Below, in pieces: positions 10,531-19,576 of a stretch of 64,000 bases of DNA. Made by a program: the position numbers and the translations under genes. Under the pieces are notes generated by a model. The model did no database searches and was not told where the DNA came from. It was given only the letters and a program-made list of their open reading frames with translations. Each line of letters opens with the position of its first letter. Position 1 is the first letter of the stretch. Source of the DNA: an uncultured delta proteobacterium (lineage in GTDB: Bacteria > Desulfobacterota > Syntrophia > Syntrophales > UBA2185); contig CAVOID010000004.1 of assembly GCA_963695875.1 (NCBI GenBank), positions 224,001-288,000 on the forward strand, read 5' to 3'.

Positions 10531-10644
10531 GGGGGTCATCTACCTCACAACAGGGGAGTTTTACCCCCTCAAATCTCTCTTTTTCTCCGCCCTCTCTATA
10601 TTATTCATAAATATCAATATGTTACAATTTGGCATCATCCTTGC
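10531..10644 (+). promoter_or_regulatory. Sigma-54 promoter module D
   Basis: TGGCA-TCATCC-TTGC at 10630-10644; IHF TATCAA-TATG-TTA at 10612-10624; boxes at 10531-10546 and GGGGAGTTTTACCCC at 10553-10567. Confidence 0.8.
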
Positions 10645-10685
10645 TCATATTAATTATACAAAAATCAAAAATGGAGGTAACGACC

Positions 10686-11075
10686 ATGTCAGTAAAGAAA
10701 AAAATTCTCTTGATAGACGACGACAAAGACTTTCTATTCGCGACCAAACTGATTCTCGAAAAGGGCGGGTACGAGGTGTTCCTGGCAGAAGACGGGAAGC
10801 GGGGGGTTGAGATGTGGAAGTCGGTGTCTCCCGATCTTGCCGTTATCGATATGATGATGGAGACGTGGGGTGAAGGGTTTGAAGTATTGAAAAAGATCCG
10901 CGCCACAGATACCGGGAAGGATACACCGCTGTTCATGCTGAGCGCTGTTGATCTGCAGGGTCCATACCAATCATTTGAACCGCCTCCGGAGTTTCCGAAG
11001 GTGAACATGGTGTTGCATAAACCTGTAAAGGCTGATGATCTTCTCGGATATGTTGCCAGTGCTTTGGGTAAATAG
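10686..11075 (+). CDS. Single-domain response regulator (receiver), copy 2
   Basis: Near-identical to 4865..5254. Confidence 0.9.
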   Translation: MSVKKKILLIDDDKDFLFATKLILEKGGYEVFLAEDGKRGVEMWKSVSPDLAVIDMMMETWGEGFEVLKKIRATDTGKDTPLFMLSAVDLQGPYQSFEPPPEFPKVNMVLHKPVKADDLLGYVASALGK

Positions 11076-11080
11076 CCGGT

Positions 11081-12211
11081 ATGATGAAGACTCAAAAACC
11101 GCTTATTTTGATCATCGATGATGAGGAAGCCTTACGGGACGGGTGCCGTCAGGTGCTGGAAAAGTCCGGATATACCGTGCTAACCGCAGGGGAGGGAGTC
11201 GAAGGCATCAAGATTGCGCGGGAGAAAAAACCGGAAATAGCCTTTGTGGATCTTAAAATGCCGGGTATATCGGGCATGGAAATAATTGAAATTCTTTCCA
11301 GGGATATCCCTGACATTGTGCTGATTATGATTACCGGTTATGCGACGATTTTATCCGCAGTGGAAGCTATACAGAAAGGAGCGTACGATTACCTGCCCAA
11401 ACCTTTTAGCCCTGACCAGTTGAGGACAGTTGCCAGGCGAGGCCTCGATCATCGCAATCTCAGGATTGAAACACGAAGATTGAGAGAAGAAAAGGAGCGG
11501 ATGGAGAAGAGTTTTATCACCTTTGTAAGTCACGAAATGCGTTCTCCCCTCGTAGTTATTCGGCAATACATAGAATCCCTCAAAGCGATTGCGGGCGATC
11601 GTTTTGATCAAGACGTTTCGGATATCATAGAGAGGTGCAGCAAACGCATTCAGGGACTTGAAGAACTTATTGAACACTGGCTGGATTTGAGCAGAATAGA
11701 AAACGGAACTTTTGTACAAAAGAAAGAGACATTAAAGTTATCTCGTATTACTGCCAGGCTTGCGGAGGAGATGGCTCCTGTTTGTGGGGATAAGGGAGTC
11801 TCTCTGGATATTGATGTACCGGAAAATTCACTCGATATTGTCGGGGATGAGGAAAGCCTGGTGCGGGTATTTGCAAATATCATCGGCAATGCAACAAAAT
11901 ATACGCCGGCAGGCGGTAAAATAACGGTCTCGGCGCGGTCCGACGATTGTTATGTCACCGTAAAAATTTCGGATACAGGTGCCGGCATTCCTCAAGATAA
12001 ACTTCCCTATATCTTCGAGCCGTTTTTCAGAGTAAGGGGAAAGGAGGAGCGGGAAAAAGGTTCAGGTCTCGGACTTACTTTTTGCAAAAAGATCATGACT
12101 TCTCACGGAGGGGAAATAGAGGCATCGTCTAAAGAAGGCGAGGGCACAACCTTTACGCTTAAATTTCCCGTTCAATCGTCCTCGGCGGGAGCTTCCCAAA
12201 TGTCTTCGTAA
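11081..12211 (+). CDS. Cytoplasmic hybrid receiver-histidine kinase (REC-HisKA-HATPase)
   Basis: N-terminal receiver, H-box SHEMRSP, NATKY, DTGAG, GSGLGL. Confidence 0.92.
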   Translation: MMKTQKPLILIIDDEEALRDGCRQVLEKSGYTVLTAGEGVEGIKIAREKKPEIAFVDLKMPGISGMEIIEILSRDIPDIVLIMITGYATILSAVEAIQKGAYDYLPKPFSPDQLRTVARRGLDHRNLRIETRRLREEKERMEKSFITFVSHEMRSPLVVIRQYIESLKAIAGDRFDQDVSDIIERCSKRIQGLEELIEHWLDLSRIENGTFVQKKETLKLSRITARLAEEMAPVCGDKGVSLDIDVPENSLDIVGDEESLVRVFANIIGNATKYTPAGGKITVSARSDDCYVTVKISDTGAGIPQDKLPYIFEPFFRVRGKEEREKGSGLGLTFCKKIMTSHGGEIEASSKEGEGTTFTLKFPVQSSSAGASQMSS

Positions 12212-12282
12212 GGGAAGATCTGAACAAAGGTGCAAGGAGGATAAGGGTCAGCTGAATAAAAAGTTGCAGAGTTACAGACTTT

Positions 12283-12504
12283 ATGAAGTATGATGACGAA
12301 AAGTTTTACGAGTTTCACGAGAAAGATGCTCCCGACAGGTGTTTTATTTGCAGCAAAGACACAGCGGAGCTGCTGATCTTTCGACAAATCAAAAGCATGC
12401 TGCTTGTTCACCTGTGCCGGGATTGTATATATGAAAATATTGCTGACTATCTTCTGGATAATACAAGGCCCTGGCTCAGCGAAAAAGAAAGTATCGATAA
12501 ATAG
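12283..12504 (+). CDS. Small CxxC-x21-CxxC putative metal-binding protein, copy 2 (73 aa)
   Basis: CFIC...CRDC and DYLLDNTRPW; paralog of 5528..5749. Confidence 0.75.
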   Translation: MKYDDEKFYEFHEKDAPDRCFICSKDTAELLIFRQIKSMLLVHLCRDCIYENIADYLLDNTRPWLSEKESIDK

Positions 12505-12687
12505 AAACAGCCGTAAATTACTGTCATCCATCCTCAGTTTTATGAGAAATGGAGACTCCTTAATCAAAAGTCACATTTTTCCATAGCCACTTTATCAATT
12601 TTCTTGCCATTTTTCATTCCGAAATATTCACATGCCCGCTATTGTATACATATCAATGTACACTACTTAGGGCAGATTCAGATCCTC

Positions 12688-13737
12688 TTAGATCTGTGTT
12701 CGTAAATCAAAGTGAAAGGAAACATCTGGAGAGGTATTGACAATCAAATCTTCAGAAACTCCTATATCGAGTGTTGTCTGCTTGGACAATGACAGTGTTC
12801 CCCCTATCAAGAGCTGTACGGCTTCGGCATTTAATTCTCGCAGTTGACTGTCCTTGTACAAAGGGGTGTGGGCGTCCAATTGAACCTTGAAAGCGATCCA
12901 GGAAAGAGGGCTCCAACCTGCTCCCAGGCTTCCAAATCCGACCAGATTGCGTTGCTGTTCCTCAATCACCTTCCCATCAGTCATTCCCATAATGCCCGCG
13001 TCACCGAAGATGGTCCAATGGCCGGCTGCGAGCTTATGATCACTACTGGCAGTAAGCCAAATTGCCAAGTCCGCACTGCCGCTGCCGTGAAGTTGACCAC
13101 TGTCGCCCGTGGGGAGCTTGAGGCTTGTCCTTAAAGCCACCGCGTTCGGAAATTCCTTCCCGTCATGATACATTTGAAAGCCGGCGAACAAACTAATGTC
13201 ACCCAGGCCATTGCTGGAGCTGTCAATTCTCATCTTCTCCTGACCGTCACGGGAATAAAGGTAGCGTAAGCGGTTACGGGGAGCTTGATCACGGCCCCCT
13301 TGGGGAAAGCCGAAGAAATCGTGATAGTTAATAATGAAACCGTCAAGAAAGCCGCCGCCGTGAATAACGTAGGGGATTTCCAGCCCGCATTCTACCCCCT
13401 CTGCGAGGCCATATCGACCATTCAGGGTTATGCGGGCGCTTTCCCCATCGAGTACAATGTGTTCCCCGGCATTTGTATCCTCCACATAGTTGCTCGCATA
13501 ATCCAGCATAACACGAAATTCTTTCTGGCACGGAGAAAGCAGAATTGCATTTCCTGGGGCAGGGAGACCGTAAACCTGAACGATGGGGCTCTGATTCTTC
13601 GTATTGAAGGGTATTATATCAAGGGCATGGATGGTAGAGGAGGAAAGGCAGGCCATCATGAAAATGAAGAAGTTCAGAAAAATAACACCTTGCCGCTTGC
13701 TGTTTCTTGAAGGAACGTTCAATTTATTAAGGCTCAC
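12688..13737 (-). CDS. Exported/outer-membrane protein, DUF3187-like
   Basis: Signal peptide, NQSP motif, LDGE, GGGFLDGFI..YH..FG.PQGGR, LKLPTGD. Confidence 0.65.
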   Translation of the reverse strand: MSLNKLNVPSRNSKRQGVIFLNFFIFMMACLSSSTIHALDIIPFNTKNQSPIVQVYGLPAPGNAILLSPCQKEFRVMLDYASNYVEDTNAGEHIVLDGESARITLNGRYGLAEGVECGLEIPYVIHGGGFLDGFIINYHDFFGFPQGGRDQAPRNRLRYLYSRDGQEKMRIDSSSNGLGDISLFAGFQMYHDGKEFPNAVALRTSLKLPTGDSGQLHGSGSADLAIWLTASSDHKLAAGHWTIFGDAGIMGMTDGKVIEEQQRNLVGFGSLGAGWSPLSWIAFKVQLDAHTPLYKDSQLRELNAEAVQLLIGGTLSLSKQTTLDIGVSEDLIVNTSPDVSFHFDLRTQI

Positions 13738-13751
13738 TTTTTTGATCAGGG

Positions 13752-13780
13752 AGTATGAGGAAAAGTTCGCAGCGTGTCAA
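13752..13780 (-). promoter_or_regulatory. Sigma-70 promoter for the DUF3187-like gene
   Basis: Minus strand TTGACA-17 nt-CATACT. Confidence 0.5.
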
Positions 13781-14261
13781 GAAAAGATGGCCATAATATT
13801 GTATGCATGCTAGCAGTCTGCTACGATATGTCCTGCTTTCTGAGACTATTTTAAACATTTTTCCTCTTGTGCCTTCAAACGTCTATCGGATTTGATGAAA
13901 CAGGGAGGAGGGCCATCGGTCTGTTGTTTTTGGCGATTAGTGCCGGAGAAGCTACTGTAATAACCGCCATCTTTTCACCTATATGTCCCAGGCGCCAAAA
14001 GAAGTTGTTGTCAAAAAAAAAATTGTAAGAAATCAGTTGACACAGTGAATCATTTTTTGGTACAGAAAACGCCTCTATAATTTTAGAGGGGGGAATTTCG
14101 AAGACCGGGATGAACCCCTGGCACGAGATGCTCTATTTCTCAACATTCGGAGCTGTTTATTCTACTGCCCGCATGACCTTATTACGATACCATTGGTTGC
14201 TTTAAGGACAACGAAATACTCACGGAATGAAGAACCATGTCCATCTTTCCCCGTGATTGCG

Positions 14262-14444
14262 ATGAATGCTGATCAGCCTGAGGAGAGCTTCAGGTTTTGT
14301 GAGAGCAGATGTATGCTGCAGAGTTGTCCTGAATGCACTTTTCTTTTACAGCTCTATGGCACTGGTTGCGGAAATGTCCGCGTTTATTATCTATGTCGTC
14401 CATGTTATGAGAGACGCATTGCGCGGGGCTTTGTTGAGCCCTAG
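14262..14444 (+). CDS. Possible small Cys-rich protein (60 aa)
   Basis: CESRC, CPEC and CRPC motifs; no clear RBS. Confidence 0.3.
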   Translation: MNADQPEESFRFCESRCMLQSCPECTFLLQLYGTGCGNVRVYYLCRPCYERRIARGFVEP

Positions 14445-14525
14445 GAAGGAGGTTTGAGCTACATTTCCAGAAATTGTTGGCATTACTTTAACTTTATTCT
14501 TTATTAACAACAAAAGGAGGATTAC

Positions 14526-15531
14526 ATGGCAGATATCGACAAAAGGATGACGCTCAAGGATGCGGTAGCAAAGTTCATCCATGATGGCGATACGGTTTAC
14601 TATGGGGGCTTCCAGATTCATGGTCCCCATGGCCCTGACTCACGAAATCATCAGACAGAAGAAAAGACACCTCACCACGATCGAATCCTCGACGGACGTG
14701 GGTGGTCTGGATCTCATGGTGGGCGCCGGCTGTGTGACGGAAATTCACACTGCCTGGATCATGAACTGGTACGTGAAGGCGCCCTATGCCATTCGCCGGG
14801 CGTTCAACAAAGGTCACCTCAAGAGGTATGACATCTCCAACTTCGGCGCCACCACCGCCATGATGGCAGGTTTCATGGGCATTCCCTTCATGCCCATCCG
14901 GGGGAATATCGGCACGGATATGATGAAACACAACTTGACGGACCTCAGAATAATAGAAGATCCTTTCACCGGCAAGAAGACAACCGTTGTGCGCGCGTGG
15001 CGGGCCGATGTGGCAATCATCCACGCCCAGAAGGCCGACCGTCTCGGCAATGTGATATCCTATGGAACACGCGGCGTCACCGACGAGTTCGGCGCCAACG
15101 GAGCAACGCGGGGCGTCATCGTTACGGCCGAGGAGATTGTGGAGCCGGAGGTAACCAGAACCGATCCGGACCGCGTGATTGTTCCCTACTTCAAGACCCT
15201 GGCCGTTGTCCACTGCCCGTATGGCGCTCATCCATCGGCCTGCCGCGGCTACTACGGCCTGGACATCCGCTTCAGCCAGTATCAGGGCAGATATGAGCGG
15301 CACGAAGAACTCCTGCCTGCCTTCCTCGATGAATGGGTCTACGGCTGCAAAGACCAGGAAGCATACATCGAGAAATATAAATCGAAATTCGGCCAGAAAG
15401 GCCTGGACCTGCTGAAACCCATTCTCGGCTTTACGCCGAGCCCAAAACTGGGTGTCGATTACGGTTACCATGATCCGGTATGCTGGAAAGGTGTGCCCAT
15501 GTACACTGATGACCGGCTCGACGGCTTTTGA
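14526..15531 (+). CDS. Family I (glutaconate-type) CoA-transferase alpha subunit; frameshift near 14618
   Basis: DKRMTLKDAV, GGF...PMAL.HEIIRQ, ADVAIIHAQKADRLGN, PYGAHPSAC.GYY; RBS AGGAGG. Confidence 0.9.
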
Positions 15532-15567
15532 AGAAGCGCTCGCCGCGAAGAAAGGGGGTAAGTAATT

Positions 15568-16335
15568 ATGGCTAATTATAAACTGACAGAACTTATGACA
15601 ATCCGCTGTGCCAGGGAAATTGCAGACGGAGAGGTTGTCTTCGTGGGAGTGGGACTGCCAATTATGGTGGCCGCATATGCCTTTGCCACCCACGCCCCCA
15701 ACATGATTATGTTAACCGAGGGCGGCGCCATCCGGGCGACAGCTCCTCAGGCCCTTGCGATCACCGTGGATGACCCTGCTGCTTTTCTCGGGGGCGATGC
15801 AACATTCGGCATGCTGGCCACCATGGCCGCGTTGCAGCGCGGCGAGGTCGACGTTGCCTTCATCGGCGGCGCCCAGATCGACAAGTTCGGCAACATCAAC
15901 TCGACGGGAGCAGGGGACTGGTCCAAGAAGGAAAGCTTCACCTACTTTGCCGGAAGCGGCGGCGCGAACGACATGGCGACTTCGGGGAAAAGGGTCCTTG
16001 CCATTATGCCCCAGGATAAAAAGAAGTTCGTCGAAAAATGTGAATACATTACCACTCCCGGCTTCCTCGGTGGCCCGGGAGAACGCGAGGCACTCGGCAT
16101 GATCGGTGGGGGACCGGACTGTGTGGTCAGCACCATGGGCGTCTACAGGTTCGATGAAGACACCAAGGAGATGTACCTGGCCGAGTACTTCCCCGGCCAG
16201 TCTGTGGATAAGATCAGGGCCGCCTGCGCATGGGATCTCAAGGTGTCGCCCAATGTGGTAGAGACCACTGTGCCGACCGAGGAAGAACTTAAGATCCTCA
16301 GAGGCCTTGACCCGACCGGTTTCTACCTCGGATAG
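15568..16335 (+). CDS. Family I CoA-transferase beta subunit
   Basis: VFVGVGLP, catalytic Glu in LTEGG, GGAQIDKFGNINST, GSGGAND. Confidence 0.92.
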   Translation: MANYKLTELMTIRCAREIADGEVVFVGVGLPIMVAAYAFATHAPNMIMLTEGGAIRATAPQALAITVDDPAAFLGGDATFGMLATMAALQRGEVDVAFIGGAQIDKFGNINSTGAGDWSKKESFTYFAGSGGANDMATSGKRVLAIMPQDKKKFVEKCEYITTPGFLGGPGEREALGMIGGGPDCVVSTMGVYRFDEDTKEMYLAEYFPGQSVDKIRAACAWDLKVSPNVVETTVPTEEELKILRGLDPTGFYLG

Positions 16336-16365
16336 TTGTAAAGAAAAATAAACCATACAATAACT

Positions 16366-16399
16366 GAGAGAGCGGTGTTCTTTTGCACCGCTCTCTTTT
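16366..16399 (+). terminator. Rho-independent terminator
   Basis: AGAGAGCGGTG / CACCGCTCTCT stem followed by a T run. Confidence 0.8.
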
Positions 16400-16452
16400 A
16401 GGGGAATTTACCTGATAAGCATCTGATTGAGGTCCTCACAAAGAGGCCAGAT

Positions 16453-16635
16453 CTATCCCATCCTGATATCCAGGGCATTTTTGGCGTGGTTTAAGGGGCG
16501 ATTTTATTCCTGCCGTCGAAGATAATTCACGGCCAGGATGAAATGCGCTTGCGCCAGAGCAAGGTCTATCCGGATGGCTTTCAGGAACGCCATTTTCGCA
16601 TCGGCAAGTATTCCCTTATAAAATAAAGAATTCAT
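16453..16635 (-). pseudogene. Decayed TPR-repeat gene fragment
   Basis: Minus-strand translation LFYKGILADAKMAFLKAIRIDLALAQAHFILAVNYLRRQE*NRPLNHAKNAL has TPR periodicity and an internal stop. Confidence 0.4.
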
Positions 16636-16781
16636 AGTCGCGGAACATCACCGCCAAGGGAGCGCGCAGAATATACTGGCGGGCAACAACCGGGCCCGAT
16701 AGTGCGGCTTATATTTTACAGGTGATATCATGCAACGAAAGTTCGTGGCTGCAAGCTGTGAAAATAACAAGCCGTAATAAA

Positions 16782-17298
16782 ATGCAGGAAAGATACCTGA
16801 AATACCGGCATTATTATGCAGGCATTGATATTTCCGGCTTTGGCGGTTACGGAAAAGCCGTGTATGCCCCTCTTTTACCGGTGTTTGATCAGTGGTTTGA
16901 AAGGAAATCTCTGGATGATATTCCCCCCAATATCACTTTTCTGGAAGATAGATCGATATCTTATTGATCATCCGGATTACAGGGAGGAAAGAGGGGGCGC
17001 GATCAGCTTTCACATAAAAGTACTGGCTCTCAGCATGATCGGGCTTATTATGAATCACAACAAAGATGTGATTTCAAGGCAACTGCTGCAGTATATAATC
17101 TTTGATGTTTCCAGGAATACCAAGGCGTACGATTATTCTGACTGTGTGTGTTTTTCGATCACCGTCAGAATGTTTATAGATATGTTAAAGGAAGAATTTT
17201 CTCATTTCGGAAGCCAGGTGACGGATCTGTCTTTGCATGATTTTGCCAACGAGGAAACGTTAAACCCAAAGCCACAACAAGTTATCAGCATCCTGTAA
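16782..17298 (+). CDS. Hypothetical protein, probably one gene split by a frameshift near 16945
   Basis: Overlapping ORFs 16722..16967 and 16816..17298 join into a continuous protein-like sequence; no recognisable motif. Confidence 0.35.
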
Positions 17299-17479
17299 TG
17301 TATACCGCCCCAAATGATTTTTGACGGCAGTCGATGTTCCAGGGCTGAAGCTCCCGCCGGCATGCACTAAATATTTTAGACATTTGCTCTTGACTCAACA
17401 TTCTCTTAATCCTCATACTTCCACAATAAAGAAGAGAATTCTAATCACATTAGAAAATCAAGACTTTTGGCGACATATG

Positions 17480-17755
17480 GAGTGATTGAGTATCATGGCC
17501 ACACAAGTCGTTACGGTGTAACCAATGCGGGAAGAAGTTTCAGCGGGACGATGTATCGTTGGATATACTTCTTCCCCTATATGATTGCAGTTATGCTCTA
17601 CGGCCGGAGATCGTCTTTTTCGGCGAGGATGTTCATGACTAGGTATTGGTAAATGCATACAAAGCCGGTTGTGATTGTGATCTCGTGTTGATCATCGGCA
17701 CTTCGGCAACGGTGGCTCCAGCCTCCTACCTGCCGAGCAGGGCCAAGGAAGTCCC
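17480..17755 (+). pseudogene. Sir2/CobB NAD-dependent deacylase remnant (C-terminal half)
   Basis: Across a frameshift: VIEYHG / LRCNQCG...LRPEIVFFGED..*...CDLVLIIGTSATVAPASYLP; internal stop and no N-terminus. Confidence 0.8.
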
Positions 17756-17941
17756 TGAATGTAATGGTCTTCAAAAAAGTTGTAAACTGAATTGACTTCA
17801 CTTTTATTTAAACGTAAAATATTACAGATAGTTCAAGTGAGAACGTTCATGTGAAAGAAACCCACAAGTATTTGTTAAGTAGAAATCTGTATGGGGTATT
17901 CTTATTGAACTCCCTCAGTGGCTTTTGATTAAAATATTGCT

Positions 17942-18532
17942 ATGACGTTATTTTCGGCTACAGTCTTGCTGTTTCTGGTCATTGACCCCTTTGGGAATAT
18001 ACCGCTTTTTTTAGCTATCCTTAAAAATGTTGATTTCCGGAAGCACAAGAAAATAATCATACGAGAAATGCTGATCGCTCTGGTTGTTCTCGTTTTGTTC
18101 CTTTTTACCGGTCGATATATCCTTGGGTTTTTGGACATTTCCGAGCCTTCACTGAGTATTGCAGGGGGGATCATACTTTTTATGATTGCCTTAAAAATGA
18201 TCTTCCTCGGCTCGGAGAAAATGTTCGGCGATACCCCTGAAGGAGAACCTCTAATCGTTCCTCTCGCAACTCCTTTTGTCGCCGGCCCTTCTGCAATAGC
18301 AACGGTTTTGCTCCTCATGGCCAGGGAGCCGTCGCGATGGCCAGAATGGTTCATAGCCCTTATTTGCGCGTGGTTCCTTTCCGGAATCATTCTCCTGTTT
18401 TCGGACAACATCAGTAATATGGTTGGGGATAGAGTATTGACCGCCATTGAGCGTTTAATGGGCATGCTTTTAACCATGGTTGCCGTGGAGATGTTTGTAA
18501 AAGGTTTAAGACAATTATCTTTTCTTCATTAA
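17942..18532 (+). CDS. MarC family membrane protein (YhgN-like)
   Basis: DPFGNIPLF, IAGGIILF, VPLATPFVAGP, ERLMGMLL. Confidence 0.92.
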   Translation: MTLFSATVLLFLVIDPFGNIPLFLAILKNVDFRKHKKIIIREMLIALVVLVLFLFTGRYILGFLDISEPSLSIAGGIILFMIALKMIFLGSEKMFGDTPEGEPLIVPLATPFVAGPSAIATVLLLMAREPSRWPEWFIALICAWFLSGIILLFSDNISNMVGDRVLTAIERLMGMLLTMVAVEMFVKGLRQLSFLH

Positions 18533-18709
18533 CCCCGTAGAGAAGGGCTGAAGAAACTATGAGATATATCGTCGAACTTCGTATTAACAAAAAAATGGAT
18601 AAAATCGATGAGCTATGGTAGAGAAAACTCTCAGATCTGGATATAATTATGGAAAGGCGCTTTGTCATCCCATCCCAAAAATAAGCTAGTGATAAGGGGG
18701 TTATAGCAA

Positions 18710-19534
18710 TTGAAAAGATATCTCGTGCTTTTTGTAATTGTTTATCTTGCATCCATCATGGGCTGTGCAACGACGGATGATGTGCGACGGGTTCGGGGGA
18801 AACTTGAATGGGACATGAGGTCCATAAAAGAGGAAAATGCCGGTGTCCGTAAGGATATGGATAACGTTAATGAATCAATGACAAACTTACGGAAGACGCT
18901 TGCAGACCTTAGTGCAGATATTACTGAGCTTAAAGGCAATATCCAGGCTTTAAGAGGGGAACAGGAAGTATTACAAAAAAACGTCTCTGCTTCAGTGGGG
19001 AAGGAAAGAGGAAGTGATGACATCAAGAAGAAGCTTGACAATATGTCCTCCCGGCTCAATCACGTAGAAAATGTACTTAAGATCAGGAAAAGTGAGGGTC
19101 AGTCGGAGGGTGCTGAAAAAGAAGTCAGGAGCGATTCAAAGGCTGCCTCAACCGGTAAAGCAGACAAAGAGTCGCTTTATGCGAAGGCCTACGAAACTTT
19201 TAAGGAAGGAAAGTATGACAAGGCAAGGACGGACTTCCAAAATTTTCTGAAGCAATTTCCCAACACGGAATATACTGAACGAGCCCAATTCTGGATCGGA
19301 GAGTGTTATTATTTTGATAAGAAATATGAAGAGGCTATCCTGGAATATGAGAAAGTGGTCAAGAACTATCCTAAAGGTAATAAAATATCCTCGGCATTGC
19401 TGAAGCAGGGACTTTCCTTTCTGATGCTGGGTGACAAAGCAAGTGCAAAACTCATATTACGGCAGGTCATAAAAAATTACCCCAACACCAGCCAGGCACG
19501 AATAGCAAAGGCAAAACTGGCAGGTATTAAATAG
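18710..19534 (+). CDS. cpoB: Tol-Pal associated TPR lipoprotein CpoB/YbgF
   Basis: Lipobox IMGC, coiled coil, TPRs AQFWIGECYY...YPKGNK..ALLKQG. Confidence 0.85.
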   Translation: MKRYLVLFVIVYLASIMGCATTDDVRRVRGKLEWDMRSIKEENAGVRKDMDNVNESMTNLRKTLADLSADITELKGNIQALRGEQEVLQKNVSASVGKERGSDDIKKKLDNMSSRLNHVENVLKIRKSEGQSEGAEKEVRSDSKAASTGKADKESLYAKAYETFKEGKYDKARTDFQNFLKQFPNTEYTERAQFWIGECYYFDKKYEEAILEYEKVVKNYPKGNKISSALLKQGLSFLMLGDKASAKLILRQVIKNYPNTSQARIAKAKLAGIK

Positions 19535-19576
19535 TTGCCAAATTGGTAACAGGCAACAGACAATTATATATTTACG

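Larger units (their letters stand above)
10531..11196 (+). repeat. Direct repeat copy 2
   Basis: Near-identical to 4708-5375. Confidence 0.95.

Noticed and set aside
14575..16356. Long minus-strand ORFs (372 aa and 214 aa)
   Set aside because: Antisense shadows of the GC3-rich CoA-transferase genes, with no motifs
17480..17755. Sir2-based anti-phage defence system
   Set aside because: The motifs are those of CobB-type deacylases, the gene is decayed, and no defence partner genes are adjacent
18559..18684. Short ORF between marC and cpoB
   Set aside because: Interrupted by a stop after 20 codons; no recognisable similarity
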